Of a DNA stretch of 64,000 nucleotides, positions 48,015-59,801 are shown one piece after another; position 1 is the stretch's first letter, and each line of letters opens with the position of its first letter. The translations under genes and the position numbers were made by a program. Under the pieces are notes generated by a model. The model saw only the letters and a program-made list of their open reading frames with translations. It had not been told where the DNA came from and searched no databases. Source of the stretch: Neoconidiobolus thromboides FSU 785 (lineage: Eukaryota > Fungi > Entomophthoromycota); NCBI GenBank assembly GCA_025603075.1, contig MU626287.1:62001-126000 (forward strand). Reading direction: 5' to 3'.

Positions 48015-49195
48015 ATGGATCCTATCTTAGAGCCAATAACCGATCAATTGGAGAATAAAACATTAGGAGAAGGGATGGAAGAGCCAGTAGAAGAAATTGA
48101 AGCTGAAAAAAATCCAACCTCTTTTTTTGACGGTAATTTGATTAATTGAAAATTCATTTTATTTTTAATCTTCAAAAACTAGAAAATAGACTATTAGAGC
48201 CAACTTGTTCAAACACAACAACGTCAATCTCGAATCATAATCTAACGGAAGGAGATATAGCGACAGTTGAAGAAAAACGGAATAGTTCAAACACAATAAC
48301 TTCGAAAGAATGTGGGATGATAATAGAAAAACAAAGTAGTTCGAATACCATAATTTCAGAAGCCACTTCAACTTCAACTAGAATTTCAGAGCCAAAATTA
48401 ATTCGACGAAAGTCTTCCACTGTAACGAAAGAAACGGAATCCAAAAAACAAAAAATTGTTGAAGAGCCAAGTACCAATAGTGGATTTTCTTGTAATATAT
48501 GGTAAGTTTTTAAAATTTTGATTGAATTTGGTTATTTTAATTTTTCTAAAATATATATATATAGTTTTGATACTGCTTCAAATCCAGTGTTGACTTTATG
48601 TGGTCATTTATATTGTTGGTCTTGTTTACATTTATGGTTAAGATCACAACCACAGAACCCATTATGTCCAGTATGTAAAGCTGGTTGTGGTAAAGATAAA
48701 GTTATACCTGTTTATGGTAGAGGTTCCGACATGAAAGATCCTAGGTAAACTTAAAATTAATCTTTATTTAAATGTAAAAATATTCAATAAAATAATTGTT
48801 TCGCAGATTAGAAGAATCTATACCAGAAAGACCAAAAGGTCAACGGCCTGAAGCAAATTCAGCAAGAAGGCCATTGATTTGGGAAAGCTATATTGAAACT
48901 GATGTTAGTTTTAGATACCCGGGTTTATTAAATATTGTTCAAGATCTATTTCCCAATTTGGAAGCTCGTAGGGTAAGTTTTGATTTTTAATTATTGAAAT
49001 ATTTTTTAATAATTTTAATTTTATAGAATTATAATGTAAGGTTGAATCAAGGTAGACGTAAGTCTTTATACTTTTAATTAATTGTAAGAAGCTAATAGGC
49101 CTTTTTTTCTAGGTGAAATGGAACAACAAGCTTTTTTATCAAGGCTATTTTTATTAATTGGGGCTCTTTTAGTAGCTTCCAGTTTTTTTGATTAA
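48015..49195 (+). CDS. RNF5/RNF185-like membrane-anchored C3HC4 RING E3 ligase (multi-exon)
   Basis: [31 protein letters not shown]...CPVCKAG...VIPVYGRG; [11 protein letters not shown]; C-terminal [18 protein letters not shown]. Confidence 0.88.
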
Positions 49196-49451
49196 ATTTT
49201 GAGTTGAGTTTTTTGATGTAATTTTATTGTTTATATATATGATATTACAACTAAAGAGTACAAAGTTTAAATGGTAGCTTTTTTATTTTAATCCTCTATG
49301 TTTTTATTAATTGTATTATTAACTTTATAGTTGAGCGTAATAAGATAACCTATAATGATAAAATAATAAAAGATAACTAATATTAAACGTCAACTTTATT
49401 TTAACTAAATTTTAAATTTTACACAAAAAGAATTCTAAATTCGATTCTATC

Positions 49452-49973
49452 TTAATGACAGTTTAAACATTTAGTATAACTATCCACAGCGTCATGACTG
49501 GAAATAAATCAGTACTTGTGTTAAAGTAAAAAGGATTATTATAAACTTACTAAGTAATAGAACAATGGTTGCAAATATTTAATTCACATTGACAGCACTC
49601 GGTTCTACAATTAAGACATAGTCCAGTTCCACATTGTTCACATAATACAAAATCAGATTGTTTATGAATCATGGCACAACTCCAACATTTTATACTGCTA
49701 CTTTCTATTTTTAAAAAAGTCTTGTTAATATGATAAAAAAAGGCTCGCTATTAGTTACCTACCTTGTTCATTATCGATTTCTTTTTGTTCTAAATAACTA
49801 AATCAACACCATTTTAATCAAATAAACAATAACATCCACTTACTAAGCATCCAAAATCCATTAGGTAGTAGAGTAGGATCTAATTTGTTTTTTTGCTTCA
49901 ATGTTAAATAAGATAAACTGGAACTTAACTCATGTAATCCAACATTATCTTCTATTATTTTACGTTTATTCAT
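49452..49973 (-). CDS. SIVA1-like Cys-rich zinc-binding protein (4 exons; absent from the ORF track)
   Basis: Spliced MNKRKIIED...CWSC-x11-CEQC-x4-CLNC-x3-CCQC-x4-CNHC-x13-CLNC-H*; three in-frame GT-AG introns. Confidence 0.7.
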
Positions 49974-51335
49974 TACAGTTTAGTAAATATAATCAAAGCT
50001 TTACACTTTGAATTTAACTTACTAATTCGAAATTTCAACTTTCCATATTAAACCAAATTTTAAAAAGTTACCAAAAAACAGTTGAAATGCTTAGTTTCCC
50101 ACAATTGGAAATCAACCAAAATCACATGGGCTGAATAAAAAGGTTGAAACATTTACTGTATTTTCTTTATCCAATCAGTAGGAAATTCTTTACCTGTAAA
50201 GACATTTCTTTTACAAACAAATGATGCAAACGGCCGTTGATGAAGCTCCATGATTCATATAAGCCAATGCAGGGGAGCTAACAACACCCACTGTGTTAAC
50301 TTGCTGATAACCATAATAATAATAAAACTAGAAATTTAAAATACTTGAAGTCTATTTAAGACAAGACTATGACTCGAATCTAAAGGATAGAGCAATGTTA
50401 TGAGAATTCAAGACTTAGTTTGTAATATTACTATTTTAATGAATCAATTTGGATCATTAAAGACGTAAAATTAATTTTGTAAAAAGGGAATAAGTAAGAC
50501 TTTAAATATTAATAAACTATAGTTATAAAAAGTGTATAAAAATAATAGAATTTATTCTATTACTTACAGTATTTGAGTTTATTTAGAGAGTAGGTTACCT
50601 AGGTTATTAAACTTTCAAGTTTGTATTTAGTATGATTTAAATTTGTAGTAGTAAATAGTTTTTATTGTGAATAACTTCTTTTTCTCTATTTTTAGTTCTT
50701 AAATCAATAGACACTGTTTTATTTATAAATTAATATACTCATTATATATTATTATCTTTACTTTTGATTATTATATTTTAATTAAATATCAGTGTTATAT
50801 TAACTTTTTTATTACTCTGATTTTAGCTCTATTATTGATACTGCAGACTCTGTCCCCGTCAATATTTCAAAACTAGTAATCAAATTCGATTGGAAGTGGG
50901 AGAGAAGCAATGTAATTGGATAATCAATTAATCCTTTATTAATCAATGGGATTTAAGATCTATAAAAAGGGATAACGAAAAGGTAAGAAAGAGAAAAAAG
51001 GATGTAATGAACAGCTTAAGGTAAGCAATACTTAAATAAACTAAGAAGTAGAAATTCTAACACATTGATATTACTAAAAGATTGTTATCTCTAAATCAAG
51101 CTGCAGATAGGGGGTTGATTTAAATACTAAAAACTCAATATTGAATCAAATTAATATTAAAGTTTAAAAAAATACATTTCAAATACGAATTTTAATGATT
51201 AACTACTAAATTAGGTTAATTTTTTATAATGAAAAAAGACATTAAATATAATATATAAGCATCAAATATAGAATATATGAGTAGCAATACAAATGTTTAT
51301 TTTGTAAATACAAAATATGCGAGTTTGGTATTAGC

Positions 51336-52754
51336 TTAGCTTCTAAGATAAACATTTATCATTGTATTCTTTTTAATTTCTTTATGAGCCTTTTTATCAT
51401 AAATTGGAGCAATCAACAACAATGGAGCTGTAGGCTTATATTGTGAAATACTAGGCCTTTGGGGAAAGTCATTTGATACATCAGAAAAAGAGTCAAGAGG
51501 AGATAAAAGCCTTAAAAATGGTTTTACAGCATTCATTAATGGTCCAGTCATATTTGATAAACTAGAGAGTGATGTTTTAAGAAGTCCTCTTATTTGTCTA
51601 TTTGTATTTTTAGGGAGAAAGGTGTAAATTTTAATTGATTCAAGATTTGGGAATAAAGATAAGAAGGAAGCGAAATCTTGAAGAGTGTTATCAAACCTAT
51701 TTACAACAATTTGTTTTATAAAATTGCACTTAATTGAATCATTGCTTATATCAATTGTATCTAGAATTCCAGAATCAGGTTCACTAATATCCATCTTTTG
51801 AATATTAGGCAATAAATAAATGGCTTTTAACACATCTATTGATAATCTTTTAACAAATATTTCCTTTAACGTTGATAATTTCAAAAAACTATTGTCAATT
51901 GGATATGTTGAACCAAGAAAGCCTAAGCAAGCGATATTGCCCTCTTCAATAAATTTGATGGTATTATAATTCTCATTGATTCCAAAATATTTTCCAGATT
52001 GATCAATGAATTTTACTCTTTTTAATTTTTGTAAGTTTCCCAGACAACTAATATCAAGCTCTTCAAATTCTCCCCTAATTTCTAGTTCTAAATTGGAATT
52101 AAAATTTATATTGGGATTGAATCTAGCAGGTGTAAATAGGGTTCCAGAAGTAGCTAAAATTAATCTTTTTAGCCTATTGAATTTTGTTTTAAGTAGGTCT
52201 ATACCATCAAGATTCAAATGGTGGTCTGAAAAGAATACAAATATCCTTAAATTGCTTAAATTACGATGTTGAATTGTTGCATTGATAGATATATCATCAC
52301 CTCCAATTATAAGAGTTTCAACCTGATCTAAGCAGTTATCAAAAAAAGTTGGCAACTTGGCCATCCTATAAGAACATATAAATAACCTTTTTAAGTTTGG
52401 GAACTTAATTGTTGTCTCATCGAAAATAGTCATATTTTCATTAGTAACAGCAAATGAAGCTGTATAATCCATGGATGTTACATTTTGACATTGATTTATA
52501 TATTCAAGGTTCTTATTTCCTATATCTATATGTTTCATCAATAGTGGGTTCTCTTTAATAAATCGTTCTTGGTGATCTGAATATTTTTGAGATAAGCGGA
52601 AATCTGAAGACATTAACTTTTGCTTAATGACATAATTGACAACTTTATATATGTATTTATTTAACAGTCGATAATTGAACAATTCATCTGGTTTTACTAA
52701 TTTGAATATCGCTTCTAGCACAATATCTGGTAGTTGATCAAATTTGATGGCCAT
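51336..52754 (-). CDS. F-box plus degenerate leucine-rich-repeat (RNI-like) protein, intronless
   Basis: N-terminal FDQLPDIVLEAIFKLV F-box-like motif; repeated FPNLKRLFI / LKKLKSIKL LRR-like strands. Confidence 0.85.
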   Translation of the reverse strand: MAIKFDQLPDIVLEAIFKLVKPDELFNYRLLNKYIYKVVNYVIKQKLMSSDFRLSQKYSDHQERFIKENPLLMKHIDIGNKNLEYINQCQNVTSMDYTASFAVTNENMTIFDETTIKFPNLKRLFICSYRMAKLPTFFDNCLDQVETLIIGGDDISINATIQHRNLSNLRIFVFFSDHHLNLDGIDLLKTKFNRLKRLILATSGTLFTPARFNPNINFNSNLELEIRGEFEELDISCLGNLQKLKRVKFIDQSGKYFGINENYNTIKFIEEGNIACLGFLGSTYPIDNSFLKLSTLKEIFVKRLSIDVLKAIYLLPNIQKMDISEPDSGILDTIDISNDSIKCNFIKQIVVNRFDNTLQDFASFLSLFPNLESIKIYTFLPKNTNRQIRGLLKTSLSSLSNMTGPLMNAVKPFLRLLSPLDSFSDVSNDFPQRPSISQYKPTAPLLLIAPIYDKKAHKEIKKNTMINVYLRS

Positions 52755-53587
52755 TTGAATATAGAATGGTTGAAAAAATTACTCTGCATTTAGTTTGAAA
52801 TGAGTTCATCTTTTTAAGGGAGAAATTTAATGTCGTAGTCTATTGGTTGAAACAATTCATGTTCGCTTTTGATTTTATTTCGATTCGACTTAAGTGAAGA
52901 TTGGGATTTGTTCTTTGTATTTATTAAGTTTAATCATAATAGCTTTTTCTATTGTTCTATTTACTAATACGAAATTATAATTCCCAATCTACATTTAAAT
53001 TGAATCAATATCAGAGGAAATGAATCAGCTCTATTAGAACAGAATATTGGCAAATTTTTTGGAACAAAAGACCATAAAACAGGTTTACTAAAACAATAAA
53101 AAGAACTAAAATACAACAAGATTCAATAAATTCTAAGTATTATGACATAATATATGAATAGGTATAAACCAATATTCCATCGACTTTCATTATTCGAAAC
53201 TTTTAATATTATTATCAAAAACCTAATGTACTTTTATTAATACAACGAACATATTGGCAATGAAATGCTACGAATTACAAGTATTCTAGAGTTTATATGA
53301 AGCTTTGGCAAATAACTGTTACTCCAATAGTAAAAGTCCGCTGGATTTGAAAATTGATATATATAATCTAGCTAGATTTTGGAATAGATCTATAAATTTA
53401 AAGTTTAAATTCATAGTCAAACATCAAAGGTATCACCACCCAAAGCCATACATATTATCAATATACTCCCCAATAAATGATATTCATAATACAAAATAGT
53501 TTTTACAAGCATAGTACTTCAAATTACTATAAAGCTAAACCATTATTTTATAATAATAAATAACATTATAGCGAAATTTTAGATAGC

Positions 53588-53693
53588 ATATGGGGATATT
53601 TTTTTAGCTTCATTACTTTTTCTATCTTTTAGGTGTTATTTAAGTGGAAAGATTGTTAGTAAAATTGTTAAGCACAAAAATACATCCCCATAT
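53588..53693 (-). mobile_element. MITE family copy 18
   Basis: ATAT-ggggatat...acatcccc-ATAT, 98 bp; ~90 bp after the stop at 53783. Confidence 0.92.
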
Positions 53694-53782
53694 TGTATTT
53701 TTTTAAATGAATAGTAAATAAATCCAACTACAGCAAAATCATTTATTGGAGTTAATACAACAGATGAGAGACAGCTATTGAT

Positions 53783-55207
53783 TCAATCTTTGAGATATAT
53801 ATCTATCATTGGGTTCTTTTTAATTTCATTATAAACCTTTGAATTAACAATCGGAGCAATAAGTAGTAATGGGGCTTTAGGTTCATATAATAGAATATCG
53901 GACTCTTGCGAGAATATGTTTACTATATTATATAAACTACTTAAAAGAGTTAGGCGATTCAATAATGGCTTAATAGTGTTTACTATTGGTGCCATGATAT
54001 TTGATAGATTATAAAGGGGCATTACTAAAATATCACTTATTGGATTGCCTATATATATAGGAAAAAAACTGTAAATTTTGATTACTTCGAGATTTGGGAA
54101 TAAAGACAAAAAGCAAGCAAAATCCTCAAGGGTATCATCAAATCTACTCATGGTAATTTGTTTTATAAATTTACATTGGAATTCATCGTCTTCAAAATAA
54201 ATTGTATCCATGACTCCTTGCTCAAACTCAGTAATGTCCATCTTTTCAATGTTTGGCAATAAAGAAATTACCTGCAATATTTCCACTGAAAACTCTTTAA
54301 TGAACACTTCCTTTAAGGTTAATAATTTCATAAAACTGTCATCAATTTGGTATTTTGAACCAAGAAAGCCTAAGCTAACGATATTACTTCCCTCAATAAA
54401 GCTCATGTTGTTACTATTCTCGTTTATTTCAAAAATCTTGCCAGAATAATCAATTAATTTTATGCTCTTTAATTTTTTTAAGTTTCCTAAGCAACTAATA
54501 TCAAATTCTTTGAATTCACCTCTAATTACTAACTCTAAATTGGAACTGAAATTTATATTGGGGTTAAATCTAACAGGATTAACAAAAACTCCAGAAGTTC
54601 CTAGATATAACTTCTTTAATTTACTAAATTTTGTTTTAACCATATCTAGTCCATCAAGGCGCAGTTCGTCTTTGGAATATATTACAAGTACTTTCAATTT
54701 CTTTAAAGTATGATATTTGATTATATTCTTGAGGATTATATTTTTTCCACCAATTATAAGCTCTTCTACCTGATCTAAATAGTTATCAAATATATCTGGT
54801 AATCTTGTACTTACAAAAGAAAATATTTTTAAAATTTTCAAGTTTGGAAAATTAGTACTTATTTTAATACTATTATCAACACTACTGCTATCATTAATAT
54901 CGCCAAGCGGGTTCTTGTATTCCATCGATACTACATTTGGGCAGCAGTTTAAATACTCAATGTTGCTATTGTCTATTTCCATATGTTTTATTAATAGGGG
55001 ATTCTCTTTGATAAATTTGATTTGATGATTTGAATACTTCCGAGATTTGAGGTATACTGAGTTTATTAATTTTTTCCTGATAACATATTTGATAATTTTA
55101 TTGATATATTTATTTAAGAGCAGATAGTTAAATAGCTCATCCGGATTTGCAAATTTAAATATCGCTTCTAGTACAATATCTGGTAGTTGATCAAAGTTGA
55201 TTGACAT
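53783..55207 (-). CDS. F-box plus degenerate LRR protein (tandem paralog), intronless
   Basis: Collinear along its whole length with the 472-aa neighbour (FDQLPDIVLEAIF, RFNPNINF, DISCLGNL, LGFLGS, FLSLFPNLE, APLLLIAPI). Confidence 0.87.
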   Translation of the reverse strand: MSINFDQLPDIVLEAIFKFANPDELFNYLLLNKYINKIIKYVIRKKLINSVYLKSRKYSNHQIKFIKENPLLIKHMEIDNSNIEYLNCCPNVVSMEYKNPLGDINDSSSVDNSIKISTNFPNLKILKIFSFVSTRLPDIFDNYLDQVEELIIGGKNIILKNIIKYHTLKKLKVLVIYSKDELRLDGLDMVKTKFSKLKKLYLGTSGVFVNPVRFNPNINFSSNLELVIRGEFKEFDISCLGNLKKLKSIKLIDYSGKIFEINENSNNMSFIEGSNIVSLGFLGSKYQIDDSFMKLLTLKEVFIKEFSVEILQVISLLPNIEKMDITEFEQGVMDTIYFEDDEFQCKFIKQITMSRFDDTLEDFACFLSLFPNLEVIKIYSFFPIYIGNPISDILVMPLYNLSNIMAPIVNTIKPLLNRLTLLSSLYNIVNIFSQESDILLYEPKAPLLLIAPIVNSKVYNEIKKNPMIDIYLKD

Positions 55208-56045
55208 TTGAAATGGAATAAGCGAAAAGGAAGTACAACTATTTATTATCTTAATTTTTTAATATATGCTTATATTCTTATGACCAAAACTTGATGAAGT
55301 TCTATTGGCCAAAGCAATACACATTCTCCCTTTGATTTCGAAAGGAACAAATCAAGTTTATTAGGAACAAACAGTGGCAAGAAATTTGGAGTAAAAGTCT
55401 ATAAATGCAAGTTTACTAAAATTATCAAAGGAGCTGAAATATAATAAAAAGTTCAGAAATAATTTCGAGATATAATGCTATGGATATATGAACAGTTATA
55501 AATCAATATTCTATTGACTTGTTTTATTTAAAACTACTTTATTTGATTTTATAGCAACATTGTTTTTATTTTTTAGTAAGTGTAGTAAATACTGTGGTTA
55601 AAAATTGTGTTATTATTTAATAAACATGGCTTTTATTTATTATACTATTCAGTATTAATCTTAGATAATATTAACTTATAACTGGAATTTTAAAAAAAAT
55701 TAAAGGTGCTATTAAAGGCAATTTTGGTTTAAAATTGTTTCTATTTTATGATACAGGGTGGAGACACTTTTAATAAAAATCTGACAAATAGTTATTTTTA
55801 AAAAGATGTAAAATTTTATACAAAAATCCTAAATTAGTTAAACAACAATTTCATAATTTTAAAAAAAGATTCCAAAATCTCAAGTCTAATGACTATTGAA
55901 TATGAGCAGATCATTATAGCCTTTAAAAAGTTTACTAGGATGTATCAAAAAAATTAATACAACTATTGTTCAGATTATTCGATACTTTATTAAAAACAAA
56001 CTGGCCATTTATACGTTGGCAGGATCTAATCTATTTCCAATGAGC

Positions 56046-56150
56046 ATTTGGGGATGTATCTTTTTGAAAAAAACTCCTCTATCAACTATTCTACTCAAAT
56101 AGCGCTTAAAAATGGAAAAAGTGATGAAATAAAAAAGAACATTCCCATTT
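56046..56150 (+). mobile_element. MITE family copy 19
   Basis: ATTT-ggggatgt...acattccc-ATTT. Confidence 0.85.
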
Positions 56151-56385
56151 AATATTAGTTTAAAGTTAAATACAAAAAATATTTCTATATATAAGCACTT
56201 ATTGGTAGGAATTTAATAGAAGGTGTCGTAGTCATAAATTTAAACATATTTGAACCTATCAAAGCTAGCATTTTAAGTATTGATTATGGTGTTATTAAGT
56301 GAATATAAATTTTATTGATTTTATAAATTTAAAAGTTGAAAATTAACTTTTGGAAATTGTTTTTACTTTAGAATGTACTCCAAAC

Positions 56386-56491
56386 ATATGGGGATGTATT
56401 TTTTTGTTTAAGAATTTTACTAACAATCTTTCTGCTCAAATAGCGCTTAAAAAGTGGAAAAGTAATGAAACCAAAAAAAACACTCCCATAT
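56386..56491 (+). mobile_element. MITE family copy 20
   Basis: ATAT-ggggatgt...acactccc-ATAT, 98 bp. Confidence 0.93.
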
Positions 56492-56609
56492 ATTAATCTG
56501 TTTTTATTGGTGATAAAGATGTACTCTAATATTGAAACAGTTATATTTGAATTTGTTTAAATAATTTAGGAGCATCAGAGATGGGAACAAAATAATAAGT
56601 GGAATTAAC

Positions 56610-56714
56610 ATATGGGGATGTATTTTCGTGTTTAAGAATTTTACTAACAATTTCTCCACTCCAAATAACGCTTAAAAGATGGAAAAAGTGAAGCCAAAAA
56701 TAACATCTTCATAC
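56610..56714 (+). mobile_element. MITE family copy 21
   Basis: ATAT-ggggatgt...acatcttc-ATAC. Confidence 0.9.
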
Positions 56715-57129
56715 GAATATATAGGAGCATTTTAAATTGATTGCAACTTACATAAATATGAATTGTTAATTAAAAAGAGTTTCGATAGACACTGTTTTTA
56801 TGCCTTTATCTGTATCTATGATAATCACTTAGCTGTTATATAATGATTATTTCTCTTCTTTCACTTTTTAGATGGATCTGATGCTGTCCTTTTTTAATAA
56901 CATTATTGAAAAATATAAACTTACAAGGGTAGACATTGGGTTTTGTAAGCTTTTTTAAAAATTATAATTCAATTCTAGTTTTATAGCTTTTATTTACTTT
57001 ATTATCAGTATAAAATCTATGTATACATTTTGTAAATAATATTTTCATTAAATTCTTTATTTGATGTATGTTTCTGTTTGCACTTAATTTGAAATAGTAC
57101 TTTATTTTACATGTAGTCTTCAGTTTATT

Positions 57130-57235
57130 ATACGGGGATGTGTTTTTGTGTTTAAAAATTTTACTAACAATTTTTCCGCTCAAATAGCGCTTAAAAATGG
57201 AAAAAATAATGAAGTCAAAAAAAACACTCCCATAT
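57130..57235 (+). mobile_element. MITE family copy 22
   Basis: ATAC-ggggatgt...acactccc-ATAT, 98 bp. Confidence 0.93.
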
Positions 57236-57567
57236 ATTATTGAAAAAATAATAGTTACTTTAGTTTAAAGTTCTTTTTTTAAATCTCTATCTGGTATATA
57301 CCAATTTTACTTTTATTTTCAAGGGAACAAGTAGAGTTATTTAGAGTCACTAATATAGTTTTAGTTCTTTCTTAGCTTGCTAGTTCAATTTACTTATTAC
57401 TTATTACTTATTGAAGTTGTCGAAAATAAAATCTAATAAAGTTTTCAACTTTTCTTTAGAAAAGGGAATAGACATGATTTATTTTTGACAAATAAAATTC
57501 CAAATAAAACTCTTAAATTAAATTCAAACTTAAATTTCCTGAAAATCGCAATCTTTTTTTAAAAAAA

Positions 57568-58446
57568 ATGGCACCAAAATCAAAACCAAGTCAAGAAGTA
57601 AAGATAGACGAAGTATTTTACTACATCCCTAATATAATAGGTAACGATCATTATCATAAAAGCGAATCTCTTAACACAATTGGACCCTTTATTAGGTTAC
57701 ACTCGGATATTGTTAGTCGGCATTTCATTATATTACATGAAGGGCAATCCATTAGTGTTTGCAATCAGTTACATGATATCATGTGCTTTGGATGCTTTAG
57801 ATGGCTTCGCAGCCAGGTATTTTAATCAGTGTTCTAAGTTTGGAGCAGTTTTAGATATGGTTACTGACCGTTGTACAACTACTTGCTTATTGTGTTATTT
57901 AGCAGCGGTTTATGAACCATATTCAATCTTTTTCCAGTTTTTAATCTCCCTAGATATTTCTTCCCACTATATGCATATGTATAGGTAAATGGTTTTTTAT
58001 ATTCTTAGGTTTTAGAGTAGTGTTTATTGTGTTTTTTATAGTTCTCTTACGTCTGGCGCCACCTCTCATAAACAAGTGGATGAAAACCAGAATTTTTTAT
58101 TGAGGGCGTATTATCATAATAAGGTAATTGAACTTTATTTATATTATGTATTTGATTAAGACAAAATAGGTCGTATTATTTTTAGTATGCGGTTTTAATG
58201 AATTGTTTTTCGTGGGACTATATTTAATGCACGAAGACCAATATTCCGCATGTAAGTTTATAATTATTTTCAATTAAAGCACTATATTTATATATTCTTT
58301 GATTAGATAATTACTTATATTACTGGTTAACTTGTTCTATGGCCCCCTTTTTTATTTTTAAAAACGTCCTTAATGTTATTCAATTCATGGAAGCATCCAA
58401 AAGTTTGGCTAGGGTGGACGTTATCGAACGTTCAAAGAAAAATTAA
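57568..58446 (+). CDS. PIS1: CDP-diacylglycerol--inositol 3-phosphatidyltransferase (PI synthase), 5 exons
   Basis: IPNIIGYTRI; CDP-alcohol motif LDALDGFAARYFNQCSKFGAVLDMVTDR; LDISSHYMHMY. Confidence 0.95.
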
Positions 58447-58776
58447 TTTTTATTTTAAAAACATTATTTTAATACTCTTCTATTTTTATTGTTTGTTGCT
58501 TATTTTAAATTATAGTTTGTAATTATAAATCAGAGACAAATAAAGATAACTATATGGTATATATTTAAAATTTAGTTTTTTATATTATTGAATAATCAAA
58601 AATTAGATTATTATAAAATAAAATAATCGCTAAAATGGTGGGAAAATAAAATTCGCGTTCAACTACTCTATATTACATTATATTATACAATGATAGCTGT
58701 CTTTTGCATTACATTTATGCATTAAGTAACACAAAATTTAAAGTTAAAAAAGAGTTAAGTGAACTTTTTAAATAGA

Positions 58777-59801
58777 ATGGATGAAAAAATACGACAAAAT
58801 ATAGAAGCGCAGTATGAATACTTTCACTATTCCAAAAACTATTGTGAAGAAAATATATACCAATTAATCCGAAGTCTAAAGCACTATTTTGAGCAGGACT
58901 CATTTTTTAATCAACTGACCCCCTTTTTTTATCCTACATTTGTCATCAATCCTTGGAATAAGGTATAATTGAATTGTTTGATTAATTTGAAATTGGTTTT
59001 AATTTTTAGTGTAACAACGTTTATATTAATATCCAAATATTTCACTAGGTCCCCATATGGAAACAAAAGTTAGCAGCTGAACCAAATTTACCAATAATCT
59101 GGGTAAAGTATCACATTTAAGTTAATTATAGAGATATTTCAAAGGTATATTAAACGGTTCTTTTAACACTACAGGATTATCATGTAATATTAATACTTAT
59201 ATTAGAGAATGAAGAAGAGTAAGGATTATATTATTGAATACTGAAAACTAGTCTAAGATCAATTTTAGGAGATATAGTTACATTTTGGATTTCGATACAA
59301 CATTACCTTTTATTACCAGTTTTAATGAGTATTTCAACGCTTGCTTTCATGCTTTTAAAACAGAAAGCTTCGAGTTAAAAAGGTATATTTATTGTATGAC
59401 TTTTTTTGTATTTTTTAATTCATAAATCAGATTCTATAGAGTTATAAACGAAACAAATTTTCTGAATTATTTTGCAAGCGATCGAAGTCATATGGTAGGG
59501 CTTGTTAACGATAATGATGAATACTAAATAACATGATCTTTAGATTTTTAACGACGAGTATATCGTTAAGCCGCCAAGCTACGAACCTATCACTAATCAA
59601 GGTAATAATTATTTGTTTTTTGTTATCAAGTTAGAATAATGGTTTTTCTTTTTAGAATATACTAATAATTTAAATTATTATACGCAATTCAATGAAGAAG
59701 ATCTACATAACGTAGAAATGAATAATGGAAGCTCTTTAATTCATTTTAAATTTGGATTAATCTTTGATGAAGCTTTGTTTGCCAATTTGAGTTTTCATTA
59801 A
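58777..59801 (+). CDS. NTAQ1: Protein N-terminal glutamine amidohydrolase (WDYHV1/NTAQ1 family), about 8 exons
   Basis: YCEENIY, VPIWKQK, spliced IIW|DYHV, LDFDTTLPF, FASDRSHM, PPSYEPI. Confidence 0.9.

Noticed and set aside
11713-49195. ERAD gene cluster (Eps1-like PDI, Ydj1-type DnaJ, RNF5-like ligase)
   Set aside because: The genes are spread over 37 kb with unrelated genes between them; no evidence of functional clustering
50100-50320. GC-richer island with an agctcc/ggagct stem, an in-frame TGA and C/D-like boxes (selenoprotein, SECIS or snoRNA idea)
   Set aside because: No proper SECIS core, imperfect C box, no recognisable rRNA guide, and the flanking peptide has no redox motif. It may simply be promoter or 5' UTR of the SIVA-like gene
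276-57235. CRISPR-like or satellite interpretation of the recurring ~100-bp unit
   Set aside because: Copies are dispersed, occur in both orientations, have TIRs and TSDs and no regular spacers; the genome is eukaryotic
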